A DNA stretch of 64,000 nt from Acidobacteriota bacterium (GTDB lineage Bacteria > Acidobacteriota > UBA890 > WLXD01). The notes under the pieces were generated by a model, which made no database searches, was not told where the DNA came from, and was given only the letters and a program-made list of their open reading frames with translations. The DNA lies in the NCBI GenBank assembly GCA_965205505.1, contig CBDBHB010000009.1, forward strand, positions 2,336,001 through 2,400,000, given 5' to 3'. The translations under genes were made by a program, and so were the position numbers. This document shows positions 1-9,340 of this stretch, in pieces. Each line of letters begins with the position of its first letter. The stretch's first letter is position 1.

Positions 1-416
1 GCCTGATCGAGGATCGCAGCGCGGTGGAGAACGTCGCTTTCGTAGGCCGCGTGCTGGGTCTGTCACGTGGCGAGGCCGGGCGGCGCGCGGCAGAGCTGTT
101 GAAGCTCACGGGTGTCGAACACCGGGCCGATCTCTATCCGGCGCAGTTGTCGGCCGGTGAGCAGCAGCGCGTCGGGTTGTCTCGTGCACTGATGTCGGCG
201 CCGGCGCTGCTGTTGGCCGATGAGCCTACGGGCAACCTGGATCCGGATACGGCCATCGATATGTTGCGCATTTTCCGAGCCATCAACCGGCGCGGCACGA
301 CCGTTGTGCTGGCAACGCATGATCCAGACATGATCGCGGCTCTGGGTCGGCGCACCTTGCTCATCGAGCAGGGGCGATTGCGCTCCCTCGATCGACGTCA
401 CGCCGCCGCGGGATGA
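1..416 (+). CDS. ftsE: Cell-division ABC ATPase FtsE (5' truncated by window edge)
   Basis: Signature LSAGEQQRV, Walker B LLLADEPTGNLD, H-loop ATHD; overlaps start of ftsX-like gene. Confidence 0.88.
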   Translation, partial: LIEDRSAVENVAFVGRVLGLSRGEAGRRAAELLKLTGVEHRADLYPAQLSAGEQQRVGLSRALMSAPALLLADEPTGNLDPDTAIDMLRIFRAINRRGTTVVLATHDPDMIAALGRRTLLIEQGRLRSLDRRHAAAG

Positions 417-1330
417 CCGTGAACCTCCGGCACCAAATTGGCCTCTGCTGCGAGGAAGCCGCTCGCAGCCTGTGGTTCCACCGTAGAGTGGTGGCCCCGG
501 CTCTTGTCGTGATGATCGTGTCGCTCACCGTCCTTGGCGCGTTCGTATTGGTTTCGGAGAACCTGAACGATGTGCTGACCAGCTGGCGCGAGCGGGGACA
601 GCTGCAGGTGTTCATGCTGCCGGAAGCGGACGACGCCGATCGGACGCACATTGAGACCGAGCTGCGGGAAACGCCCGCTGTCGAAGAGTTCCACTACGTC
701 AGTTCAGACGACGCGGCGGAGCTGTTCCGCGCCGACTTCGCTGAATTGGGCGAAGTTCTCGGTCTTCTGGAGGACAACCCGCTGCCGGCTTCGTACACGG
801 TGACCATCGTTCCCTCCATGCGCAGCGAGCGCGTGCTCGAACGACTCTCCGAACAGCTTGCTGACCTGCCGACGGTAGAAGGGGTGCAATACGACCTGCA
901 GATCATCGGTCGCCTGGAGCTCGGCGTGCGCGCGCTGCGGATAGTCGGGGTGCTCCTGGGAGGTACCGTGCTGATGGCGGCGGTAGTTACGACGGCGAAC
1001 GTTATTCGTGTTCTCGTCGTTACACGGCGGAGAGAGATCGAAACGATGCGGCTGGTGGGCGCCTCGGAATCGATCGTAGTCGGCCGCTTCCTGGCGGAGG
1101 GAGCTCTACAGGGCTTGATCGCTGGCGTGGTCTCGGTAGTCGTCCTGTACATCGTCTACAGCGTCGGGTTGTCGTACCTGGACCGGGAGTCCCTAGGGTT
1201 TCTGGCCGCGCTGCCGCTACGGTTTCTAGGTGCTGCCTGGACGTTGGGGCTGGTGGTCGGGGGAACTGCTACCGGCGTGGCGGGCTCCTGGCTGGCCTTC
1301 GGCCCGGGCGGTGTGCGGTCGGAGATGTGA
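413..1330 (+). CDS. ftsX: Cell-division permease FtsX
   Basis: N-terminal TM, periplasmic domain with NPLPAS, RRREIETMRLVGAS and FLAEG motifs; coupled to ftsE. Confidence 0.9.
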   Translation: MTVNLRHQIGLCCEEAARSLWFHRRVVAPALVVMIVSLTVLGAFVLVSENLNDVLTSWRERGQLQVFMLPEADDADRTHIETELRETPAVEEFHYVSSDDAAELFRADFAELGEVLGLLEDNPLPASYTVTIVPSMRSERVLERLSEQLADLPTVEGVQYDLQIIGRLELGVRALRIVGVLLGGTVLMAAVVTTANVIRVLVVTRRREIETMRLVGASESIVVGRFLAEGALQGLIAGVVSVVVLYIVYSVGLSYLDRESLGFLAALPLRFLGAAWTLGLVVGGTATGVAGSWLAFGPGGVRSEM

Positions 1331-1336
1331 CCGGTC

Positions 1337-3754
1337 ATGGCGTCGATGTGTGGAGTTACCGGAGCGTCGCGGCGGGTCCTGGAGCTCGACCTGGTGCTCG
1401 ACCAGGTCGCCGGCAACGCCCAGTCGAGCCTGGGCGCGGATCGCATCCGCGCTCTCGAGCCGACCCCGGACGTTGAGGAAGCCGAGCGCCGGCAAGACGC
1501 TGTCGAGCAGGCGCGAGACTTCGCTGCTGCGCATGGCCTCGTCGCGCTGGCTGCCGCGTCGCCGATCGATGTCGAGCTGGCGGCGGTAGCGACGGCGGGA
1601 ATCGTGCTCGAGCCGGCGGCCCTGCTGCGAGTCGCTGCCACGGCGAGGGTCTGTACGGAGCTCCGCCAGCACTATCTGGCGGATACCGAGCGCTGGCCAG
1701 CGCTAGCAGCGCTCGTCGGGCAGGCACCCTCGCTGCGTCCGCTCTGCGACCAAATCGATCGGCTGATCGATGCGGAAGGGCAGGTGCGCGACGATGCCTC
1801 GCCGGAGCTACGGCGCATTCGACGGCGAACGCAGCGGCAGCGCGCCGGCCTGCGCAGTCGGCTCGAGAAGCTGACCCGCGATCCGGATCTCGGCGATGTG
1901 CTACAGGACGCGCTGGTAACCGAGCGCGGTGGTCGTATGGTGGTGCCGGTGAGGTCCGGCCAGCGCGATCGGCTACCCGGCGTCGTGCACGACGCCTCGT
2001 CGTCTGGTCAGACGATCTTCGTGGAACCGCTCGATGTTCTGGACGATCAGAACCGCGTCGCCGAGCTCGTCGCCGCGGAGCGCTCCGAGGTTCGACGCTT
2101 GCTGACGGAAGCGAGCGCCCACGTCGGTGCGGCGCGCGAGGCGCTGGTCGTTGCTCAGGCAACCGTCGCTGCTGCTGATGCCCTGCAGGCGACGGCGCGG
2201 TACGCCGAAGCGGAGCGCGCCGTGCGACCGCAATGGACGGCCAGCGGCCTGAGGCTGCGGGGCGCCAGACACCCGCTGCTAGCATCCGCGAGCGTTGTTC
2301 CGTTGGACCTGGAGATCCCGGCTGGAGTCGCCGCGCTGATCATTACGGGCCCCAACACGGGCGGAAAAACCGTGGCGCTCAAGACCATCGGCCTGCTGGC
2401 GGCGATGGCGCAGAGCGGCCTGCCGGTGCCGGCCACGGAGGCCAAGCTGGCGATCTTCCCGCGCATTCACGCGGACATAGGCGACGAGCAGAGCGTTACC
2501 GCCAACCTCTCGACATTCTCCGGCCACCTACGCCATATCGTGGATTTCGTGGGCGACTGCCCGGTCGGCTCGCTCGTGTTGCTCGACGAGCTCGGCACGG
2601 GCACCGATCCGGCGGAAGGCGCGGCGCTCGGGATCGCGCTGGTCGAGCATTTCTTACAGGCCGGGGCAGTGGTAGTGGTGTCGACGCATCACGATGCCCT
2701 CAAGTCGTTCGCCCACCGGCGTGACGACGTGTTGAACGCGGCGATGGAGTTCGATTCCGAGACCCTGGCCCCGACCTACCGCGTCAGACTGGGTAGGCCG
2801 GGCCGGAGCAACGCGCTGGAGATCGCGGCGCGCCACGGAGTCGATGCGACGCTCATCGAACGGGCCAAGGGGCTATTGGCGTCGGATGCAGTGCAGCTCG
2901 ACGCGGTTATCCGCGACCTGGAGTCGGATACTCGTGCAGTCGAACGGGAGCGCGACGAGTTGGCGGCGCAACGCGCGCTGCTGGCTGAGGAGCGTGCGCG
3001 GCTGGAACGTCTCGATGGTGAGCGCGTCGAGGCGCAGCATGCCTTCGAACGCGACGCCGACGAGGCGGTGAAGCAGGCCGTCGAGGCGTTGCGTCGGCGG
3101 GGAGAGGGAAAGCTCGCGGAGCTCGAGACAGGTTCAGAAGTGGGGTCGGAGCTGGCGCGTGCCGACCGCCGGGCGAGATGGGCGGCGAGCGCCGGCCAGC
3201 TGCATGCCGAAGCTCGACGTACGGTACGCGAGAGCCTGAGCGGCCAACGGCGGACCGCGGCTCCAGCGCCGACCGAGCTCGAGCCTGACCTGGGCGCGCT
3301 CGAACGCGGCGAGACAGTACGCGTCGCCCCCTTCGGTCTCGGCGGCGCGGTTCTCCGAGCGTGGGCGCCGGACACTGACGACGCGTCGGCGATCGAGGTC
3401 GGTGTTGACGGCAAGCGTCTGGTCGTGCGCCGTGATCAGATCACGCGCGATACCCAGGGTCGGAAACGACGGCGATCGCGTTCTACCGCCTACCAGCGGC
3501 GCCCTGAGGTGGGCGGAGAGATCGATCTGCACGGCAAGCGAGTGGAGGAGGCCATCGCAGAGGTGGAGAGGTACCTCGACGACGCGGTGCTCACGGGGTT
3601 GCCCGAACTGCGCTTGATCCACGGCTTCGGCAAGCTGCGGCTGCGCGACGCGATCCACCGCTACCTTAGCGGCCGCCCCGACGTGGTGCGCTTCGCTACC
3701 GCCGATCCGATGAGCGGCGGCGGTGGGGTAACGATCGTCAGGCTGGAGGGCTGA
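1337..3754 (+). CDS. mutS2: Endonuclease MutS2 (ATPase + Smr domain)
   Basis: ITGPNTGGKT, DIGDEQS, LDELGTGTDP, coiled coil, C-terminal Smr IDLHG...IHGFG...GGGGVT. Confidence 0.92.
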   Translation: MASMCGVTGASRRVLELDLVLDQVAGNAQSSLGADRIRALEPTPDVEEAERRQDAVEQARDFAAAHGLVALAAASPIDVELAAVATAGIVLEPAALLRVAATARVCTELRQHYLADTERWPALAALVGQAPSLRPLCDQIDRLIDAEGQVRDDASPELRRIRRRTQRQRAGLRSRLEKLTRDPDLGDVLQDALVTERGGRMVVPVRSGQRDRLPGVVHDASSSGQTIFVEPLDVLDDQNRVAELVAAERSEVRRLLTEASAHVGAAREALVVAQATVAAADALQATARYAEAERAVRPQWTASGLRLRGARHPLLASASVVPLDLEIPAGVAALIITGPNTGGKTVALKTIGLLAAMAQSGLPVPATEAKLAIFPRIHADIGDEQSVTANLSTFSGHLRHIVDFVGDCPVGSLVLLDELGTGTDPAEGAALGIALVEHFLQAGAVVVVSTHHDALKSFAHRRDDVLNAAMEFDSETLAPTYRVRLGRPGRSNALEIAARHGVDATLIERAKGLLASDAVQLDAVIRDLESDTRAVERERDELAAQRALLAEERARLERLDGERVEAQHAFERDADEAVKQAVEALRRRGEGKLAELETGSEVGSELARADRRARWAASAGQLHAEARRTVRESLSGQRRTAAPAPTELEPDLGALERGETVRVAPFGLGGAVLRAWAPDTDDASAIEVGVDGKRLVVRRDQITRDTQGRKRRRSRSTAYQRRPEVGGEIDLHGKRVEEAIAEVERYLDDAVLTGLPELRLIHGFGKLRLRDAIHRYLSGRPDVVRFATADPMSGGGGVTIVRLEG

Positions 3755-3756
3755 GC

Positions 3757-5559
3757 ATGGCCTGGCCGCGTTCCTTTATCGACGAGGTAAAGCGCTCCGC
3801 CGATCCGGTGCGACTGATCGGCGAGGTGGTGGCGTTGAAGAAGCGCGGTACGCGCTGGGTAGGGTTGTGCCCCTTCCACCAGGAGAAGACCCCGTCGTTC
3901 ACCGTGAACGACGAGGGCCTGTGGCATTGCTTTGGCTGCGGCGAGGGTGGCGATTTGTTCAAGTTCGTGCAACAGCACGAAGGCATCGACTTCGCCGAAG
4001 CGGTGCGCAGCTTGGCGGAGGTGGGCGGAGTCGCGATCCCCGAGTCGAGCCGCGGACCCGGCCAGCAAGGCCCAAAGGTCGATCGAGAGCGAATCCTCCA
4101 GGCTTTGCGCGCCGCCGCGGAATTCTATGTCGCCGAGCTTGAGGGCAAGCGCGGTACCGCGGCGCGCGCCTATCTGACCGAGCGAGGCTTCGAAGAGGCG
4201 GTTGTCTCGAGATTCGGGCTCGGCTTCGCGCCCGGCGGATGGAACACGCTGCAGAACGCGCTCGAGAAGCGCGGCTTCACGATCGCCGAGCTGGAACTGG
4301 CTGGCCTGGTGCGCAAGCGTGCCGATGGTAGCGGCGTCTACGACTTGCTACGCGAACGAGTGGTGTTTCCGATTAGCGACAACCGCGGCCGACCCATCGC
4401 CTTTAGCGGCCGCGTGCTCGGGGAGGGTGAGCCCAAATACCTCAACTCTCCCGAGACGCCGGTGTTCAACAAGAGCCGGACGCTCTACGGCCTGCGCGAG
4501 GCGCGAGACGGTATCCGCCAGACGGGGTTCGTCATGCTAGTCGAGGGCCAGCTCGACCTGCTGGCCTGTGCCAAGCACGGGTTCACCAACGTCGTTGCCC
4601 CGCTCGGCACGGCGTTCACGGCGGAGCACGCTCGGGCGTTGTCGTCGCACACCGCCAAGGCGGTGATCGCGTTCGATGGCGACAACGCCGGGCACGCCGC
4701 CGCCGAGCGCACCGTGGGCGTGTTTCTGCCGGCCGGGTTCCAGGTCACGGTGGTGAAGTTGCCGAGTGGGCAGGACCCCGACTCCTTCCTGAGCGATCGC
4801 GGCGCCGAGGGCCTGTCGGAGGCGCTGCGGAGATCGTTTCCGGCGCTCAGCTTCCTGGTCGCCAGGGCAGCCGACCGCGGCGACCTGCGAAGCCCGCAGG
4901 GCAAGGCGCAAGCGCTCACGTCGTTGCTCGGTTTCGTGCTCGACGTCGAAGACCGTGTGGAGCGCGCCGAGTGGATCGGTCGCATCGGCGACGCGTTGGA
5001 AATCTCCCGCCATCTGGTCGAGTGTAGCTTCTCGGAGCTCCGCCAGCGCTCGCGCCGTCGGCGCGGCGGCCCTCCCGACGAGCATCCCGTGACGGCGCCC
5101 TCGGCGGCCGCCCGGCTCGCCGAAATCCCGGTCGCAGAACGTGACCTAGCTCGCGCGTTGCTCACCCATCCCGATTGGTTGTCGGAGCTTCAGTCGATCT
5201 ATGGCGATGGGATCACCGACTTGCGGGTCGAAGCGTTGATGGCTGCGCTCCAGGCCGCCGGCGCGTTGCCCGAACACGTCGAGGATCTGCTCGACGGCTG
5301 CGAGGTCGAAGGAGCCTCGCAGCTGCTCACCAGGCTGGTGCTCGACGAGAGCGAGGAGTTGAGCCGAGCCTATGCGGTGAGCTGTGCCGAGGCGATTCGC
5401 CGGGGCGCGCTGGCTCGAGAGCTGCGCAGCTTGCAGAGGCAGATCGAGGCGATGCAGCAATCCGGCGAGGGTGAGATCGATGTGCTCGACGGCCGTAAGA
5501 TGGCCGTCGCCCGGGAGCTCAGGGCCCTGAAGTCGGTAGCGAACGATCCCAGCGGTTAG
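3757..5559 (+). CDS. dnaG: DNA primase
   Basis: CPFHQEKTPSF...CFGC zinc finger, PKYLNSPET, TOPRIM VEGQLD and FDGDNAG, DPD. Confidence 0.96.
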   Translation: MAWPRSFIDEVKRSADPVRLIGEVVALKKRGTRWVGLCPFHQEKTPSFTVNDEGLWHCFGCGEGGDLFKFVQQHEGIDFAEAVRSLAEVGGVAIPESSRGPGQQGPKVDRERILQALRAAAEFYVAELEGKRGTAARAYLTERGFEEAVVSRFGLGFAPGGWNTLQNALEKRGFTIAELELAGLVRKRADGSGVYDLLRERVVFPISDNRGRPIAFSGRVLGEGEPKYLNSPETPVFNKSRTLYGLREARDGIRQTGFVMLVEGQLDLLACAKHGFTNVVAPLGTAFTAEHARALSSHTAKAVIAFDGDNAGHAAAERTVGVFLPAGFQVTVVKLPSGQDPDSFLSDRGAEGLSEALRRSFPALSFLVARAADRGDLRSPQGKAQALTSLLGFVLDVEDRVERAEWIGRIGDALEISRHLVECSFSELRQRSRRRRGGPPDEHPVTAPSAAARLAEIPVAERDLARALLTHPDWLSELQSIYGDGITDLRVEALMAALQAAGALPEHVEDLLDGCEVEGASQLLTRLVLDESEELSRAYAVSCAEAIRRGALARELRSLQRQIEAMQQSGEGEIDVLDGRKMAVARELRALKSVANDPSG

Positions 5560-5566
5560 AAAACGG

Positions 5567-6952
5567 TCAGAAGCGGCCGCGGCCGATCGCGTAGACCAGG
5601 AAGCCGGCCAGTATTCCGGGAAGAATCTCGTAGATCGAGGCGGGATCGCCGAAAGCCCGCCACAGCAGCATGACCGCCAGGGCGACTGCCATCATGGTGA
5701 TCCCCAGCCGATTGCTGACCGGCTTGCCAAGGGCGCGCAGCGCCAGCAAGGGACCCAGGGTGCCGCCCAACGCCGACCATGACAGCACTACCAGGTCGAA
5801 CACACTCTGACCGCCAGAGAACACGAACAGCACAACACCGGCGGTGACCAGCAGCGTTCCCAGCTTCGTCTTGGCGTATGAAGAGCCCCAGTGCGGCGCC
5901 AGGTCCTGGGTCAGCGCTGCCGAGCAGGCAAGGATCAGCGAGTCTGCCGTTGAGATCGTCGCTGCGAACACCCCAGCGAGGATGAAGCCCACCATGACCT
6001 CCGGCAGCAATAGCTGAGCAAGGTGGGGCAACCCGAGCTCCGGATCGAACTCCTCGACCACCGGAAGGAGCACCCGCGCGGCGAGGCCGACGGTAATCGC
6101 GGCGGCGGAAAACAGACTGTAGTATGTGGTGTAGATGCGCCGAGCCAGCCCGATGTGGTCGCTGGAATTGATCGTCATCGGCCGGATCATCACATGCGGC
6201 TGGCCCAGGACGCCGATGCCGGCGGCTACCCAGCTGATCAGAAATAGCGCGAAGCCGTACTGTAGATTGGCCGGTCTCCAGTCGATCAAAGTCGGATCGA
6301 TCGCCGCGAGTTGCCGCCACATCTCGCCGAAGCCGCCGATCTCTGTCAGCGCCACCGCCAACAGCACGAACATCGCCACGAACATCACCGAGGCCTGAGC
6401 ACCGTCGGTCCAGATGGAGGCGCGAATGCCGCCCGCAAAGCAGTAGGTGACCACGATCGCCGCGCCCAACAGTGTGCCGACGCTGTAGTCCCAACCGAAG
6501 AGCACCGAGAGAGCCTTGCTGCCGGCGGTAAGCTGCGCCCCGGCGTACGTACCCAGAAAGATCATGCTCGAGAGCGCTGCCACCGAGACGATTCCCCGCT
6601 GGCGCTCCCCGGTCTCTGACGTTCCGAGAAAACGTGTGACGCTGCTGGCGCCAACGCGCTCGCTGCGTTCTCGCAGTGGCTTGTGAATCGTTCGCCACGC
6701 CAGATAGTCGCCGAACACCCAGCCCACCATGATCCACATGGACGACAGCCCGACGGCATACGTGGCACCGATGAGCCCGATGAACATGAAGCCGCTGTTG
6801 GCGGTGGAAACCGCCGAGAGTGCGACGAGCCATGGCCCGACCTCGCGCCCGGCCAGCAGGTAGTCGTCGGTCGTCTGCTTGCGACGCGTCGACGAATAGA
6901 TGCCGATGGCGAGGAACCCCAACAAGAAAAACAGAAAGCTTGTCGCAATCAC
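5567..6952 (-). CDS. Sodium:solute symporter, PutP/OpuE-like
   Basis: Multi-TM protein, DYLLAGR, ALSAVSTANSGFMFIG, GGIRASIWTD, AATISTADS. Confidence 0.85.
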   Translation of the reverse strand: MIATSFLFFLLGFLAIGIYSSTRRKQTTDDYLLAGREVGPWLVALSAVSTANSGFMFIGLIGATYAVGLSSMWIMVGWVFGDYLAWRTIHKPLRERSERVGASSVTRFLGTSETGERQRGIVSVAALSSMIFLGTYAGAQLTAGSKALSVLFGWDYSVGTLLGAAIVVTYCFAGGIRASIWTDGAQASVMFVAMFVLLAVALTEIGGFGEMWRQLAAIDPTLIDWRPANLQYGFALFLISWVAAGIGVLGQPHVMIRPMTINSSDHIGLARRIYTTYYSLFSAAAITVGLAARVLLPVVEEFDPELGLPHLAQLLLPEVMVGFILAGVFAATISTADSLILACSAALTQDLAPHWGSSYAKTKLGTLLVTAGVVLFVFSGGQSVFDLVVLSWSALGGTLGPLLALRALGKPVSNRLGITMMAVALAVMLLWRAFGDPASIYEILPGILAGFLVYAIGRGRF

Positions 6953-6974
6953 CAGGCCGTGTGCTCCTCGCGTC

Positions 6975-7156
6975 TCAACACTTCAACCGTGCGCCGTCAG
7001 GGTCGAGCAGTGACTCGGCAACGACGCTCGCTGGGTACGGCTCGCCGAAGTACTCGACCTCGCCATTGCCTCCCACCCGTGCATGGGTCGCGGGAAGATA
7101 GCTGTATGCGATCTGCTTTTCCACCGTGTAGCCGCTGTTGGCGTCACGTAACCAAT
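6975..7156 (-). pseudogene. C-terminal remnant of GcvT-family (dimethylglycine oxidase-like) gene
   Basis: Manual translation IGYVT/(frameshift)/ANSGYTVEKQIAYSYLPA..EVEYFGEPYPASVVAESLLDPDGARLKC*; resembles GcvT C-terminal barrel; no upstream body. Confidence 0.65.
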
Positions 7157-7311
7157 GGCAGGCCGGCGGCGCAGCGGAGCTTATCAGCCACCACGGAGAG
7201 GAGGTATTGCGGAGCTACGCAGGCCGACCGCCATGCCATCCCAACCCAGTTAGAATGAGGTTAGGCGCTCGGCCTCCGGTCAGCCCGGCTTGCCGCCAAG
7301 CACCTCACGCA

Positions 7312-7385
7312 GGGCCCTTAGCTCAGTTGGTCAGAGCCGCCGGCTCATAACCGGTAGGTCCCAGGTTCGAGTCCTGGAGGGCCCA
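7312..7385 (+). tRNA. tRNA with CAT anticodon, probably tRNA-Ile2 (lysidine); CCA not encoded
   Basis: GGGCCCT/AGGGCCC acceptor stem, D arm TAGCTCAGTTGGTCAGAGC, anticodon arm GCCGG-CTCATAA-CCGGT, T arm CCAGGTTCGAGTCCTGG; lacks initiator features. Confidence 0.92.
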
Positions 7386-7416
7386 CTCGTAAACAACTTG
7401 AATCAGAACCACTTAG

Positions 7417-7440
7417 GGCGAGCCATGCGCTCGCCGTTTT
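7417..7440 (+). terminator. Putative intrinsic terminator after tRNA
   Basis: GGCGAGC-catgc-GCTCGCC followed by GTTTT. Confidence 0.5.
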
Positions 7441-7883
7441 GTGGCTCCAGAGACTAACTCACCCGTGGTCTACAGCAAGAGAAGCTGCTAGTGTCCGCTC
7501 ATCATCGGCGTTCCGGGCATCAGTCCGAGAATTGCTCGTCGAGCGTTACGACGCTCAGGTTGATCGATCGAACCGACGCTCGGGACCCGGCCCTCATGGA
7601 GCTGGGTGTGTTCGACCCACCCTGAGCGCACCATGCTCCGTGAAAACTTGCGAGGTGCGCCATGCAAACGGAGCGGCCTTACCGTCCCGCTTGTCCTGTC
7701 CGGCCTGGCGATCTACGCCTGCGGTAACAACACCGTTGCGCCAGATCCCTCTGATACCGGAGTTCGATCCGTCAGATCCAACGGCGGCGATTCGAGCACG
7801 TACGTCAGCTCGAGGCCGGCACAGTGATCCGGGCGTAAAACCGGGTGCCTTCAGTCCCTCCATCCTAAGAAGGAGAAGGTCAA

Positions 7884-9215
7884 ATGATTCGAACAAACCG
7901 ACGAAGCTTTCTAGGCGCCGTTGTCGGATCGACTGCGGCAGCGACAGCCGGGTGTGCGCTGAGCACCACGACGCAGCAGACAAGTGGGGCCCGCGGTAAT
8001 CCCTTCGCTGCGGTCACGGATATCGAGGAAGACCTGCGCCGGATTCCGAGCGACCAGTATCCGCTACCGTTCTCCGAGCAAGAGTACGGTAGTCGACTCA
8101 CCCGCTGTCGAGAAATGATGTCACAGATGGGGATCGATCTGTTGTTGCTCACCTGGCCCGAGAGTCACTGCTACCTCCACGGCTACGAGGTGACTTGGTA
8201 TCGAACCTTCTGGACTCCGCTGATCACGACTGCAGTCCATGTCGACGAGGACAGGCTCATCTTTTACGACGGCGAGAGCGCGGTGCCGTCTGCTGCGACG
8301 GATCGAAGGCGTTACGAAGGTGGCCGCAGCGCTAAGGCTCTTGTCGATGACCTTCAGAGTGAAGGTTGGCTGAAAGAGGGCACGGTCGTCGGGATGGAGT
8401 ACGAGAGCTATCTGCCTACCCCGGCGATCAGCCGGCAGTTAGACGCGGCGTGCCAGGAGAAGGGGGCAAAGATCGTTGATGCCAGCGCCATCATGCGGAC
8501 GATCCGCAACATCAAGTCGCCGGCGGAGATCGCCGTCACGGAGCATGCGGCGCGTATTGCTGATATTGGCCATCGAGCCATTGCCGAGACGTTTCAGCCG
8601 GGCATGAGCCACCTGGAAGTGTATGCCGCAGCCATGCACGCGATGTACGTAGCGGGTGGTGAGATCGCTGGCATTCCCCAAGCGGTGCTTCCGGCGGAAC
8701 CGCGCAGCATCCATCTGTTGCCCTCCAGACGACAGATCCAGGCAGGCGAGGTGTTCGCGTTTGATCTTTGCGGAGTCTACAAGCGCTATCACGTCAATAT
8801 GGCGCGGACCTACATCTATGGCGATCCGAGTCCGCAACTAGTGCGACTCGAGCGCGCTGCCCGCGGTAGCTTCGACGTCGTAGAGCGTGAAGCAAAGGCG
8901 GGCACACCAATTGCCACTGTGAACGCGGCCCTGCGCGACTACTTTCAGGATCAAGGGCTGCGACCATCCGGTATCGGGTATGAAGTCGGGATCGGGTTTC
9001 CACCCGACTGGGTGGGCCACTTTGTCTTTCGCCCCAGAGAAGAGACGCCAGAAGGGAGCTTTGAGGAGAATATCGTGACGCAGTGGGAGACCACGTTCCG
9101 AGAGGAGGTCGGGGATCAGAGTATATTGGCCACCCACATCGACACCTATGTGATTGAGGAGGATGGCGCGCGCCGCTTGTCTGCAGTCCCACTCGACTTG
9201 GTTGTCATGGGGTGA
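7884..9215 (+). CDS. M24/creatinase-fold hydrolase, EutD/DoeA-like, with Tat signal peptide
   Basis: NRRSFLG twin-arginine motif, AGC possible lipobox, IKSPAEI, RYHVNMART, GYEVGIGFPPDW; strong RBS AAGGAG. Confidence 0.78.
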   Translation: MIRTNRRSFLGAVVGSTAAATAGCALSTTTQQTSGARGNPFAAVTDIEEDLRRIPSDQYPLPFSEQEYGSRLTRCREMMSQMGIDLLLLTWPESHCYLHGYEVTWYRTFWTPLITTAVHVDEDRLIFYDGESAVPSAATDRRRYEGGRSAKALVDDLQSEGWLKEGTVVGMEYESYLPTPAISRQLDAACQEKGAKIVDASAIMRTIRNIKSPAEIAVTEHAARIADIGHRAIAETFQPGMSHLEVYAAAMHAMYVAGGEIAGIPQAVLPAEPRSIHLLPSRRQIQAGEVFAFDLCGVYKRYHVNMARTYIYGDPSPQLVRLERAARGSFDVVEREAKAGTPIATVNAALRDYFQDQGLRPSGIGYEVGIGFPPDWVGHFVFRPREETPEGSFEENIVTQWETTFREEVGDQSILATHIDTYVIEEDGARRLSAVPLDLVVMG

Positions 9216-9234
9216 GTTCAGCCCGGGACGCACA

Positions 9235-9264
9235 ACCCACCACAACTTCACCACGGCCTGCTAG
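9235..9264 (+). repeat. Dispersed intergenic repeat, copy A
   Basis: ACCCACCACAACTTCACCACGGCCTGCTAG; matches copies at 21303, 28165, 42162, 62614. Confidence 0.85.
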
Positions 9265-9315
9265 TCGGAGCAGCTAGGCAGATATTCGACTGGTTTCTGT
9301 CCTGGCATCGGCTTG

Positions 9316-9321
9316 TATAAT
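9316..9321 (+). promoter_or_regulatory. Possible -10 box
   Basis: Perfect TATAAT about 20 nt before ATG 9341; no convincing -35. Confidence 0.35.
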
Positions 9322-9340
9322 GCCGTCTGGTTGCAGGTCG

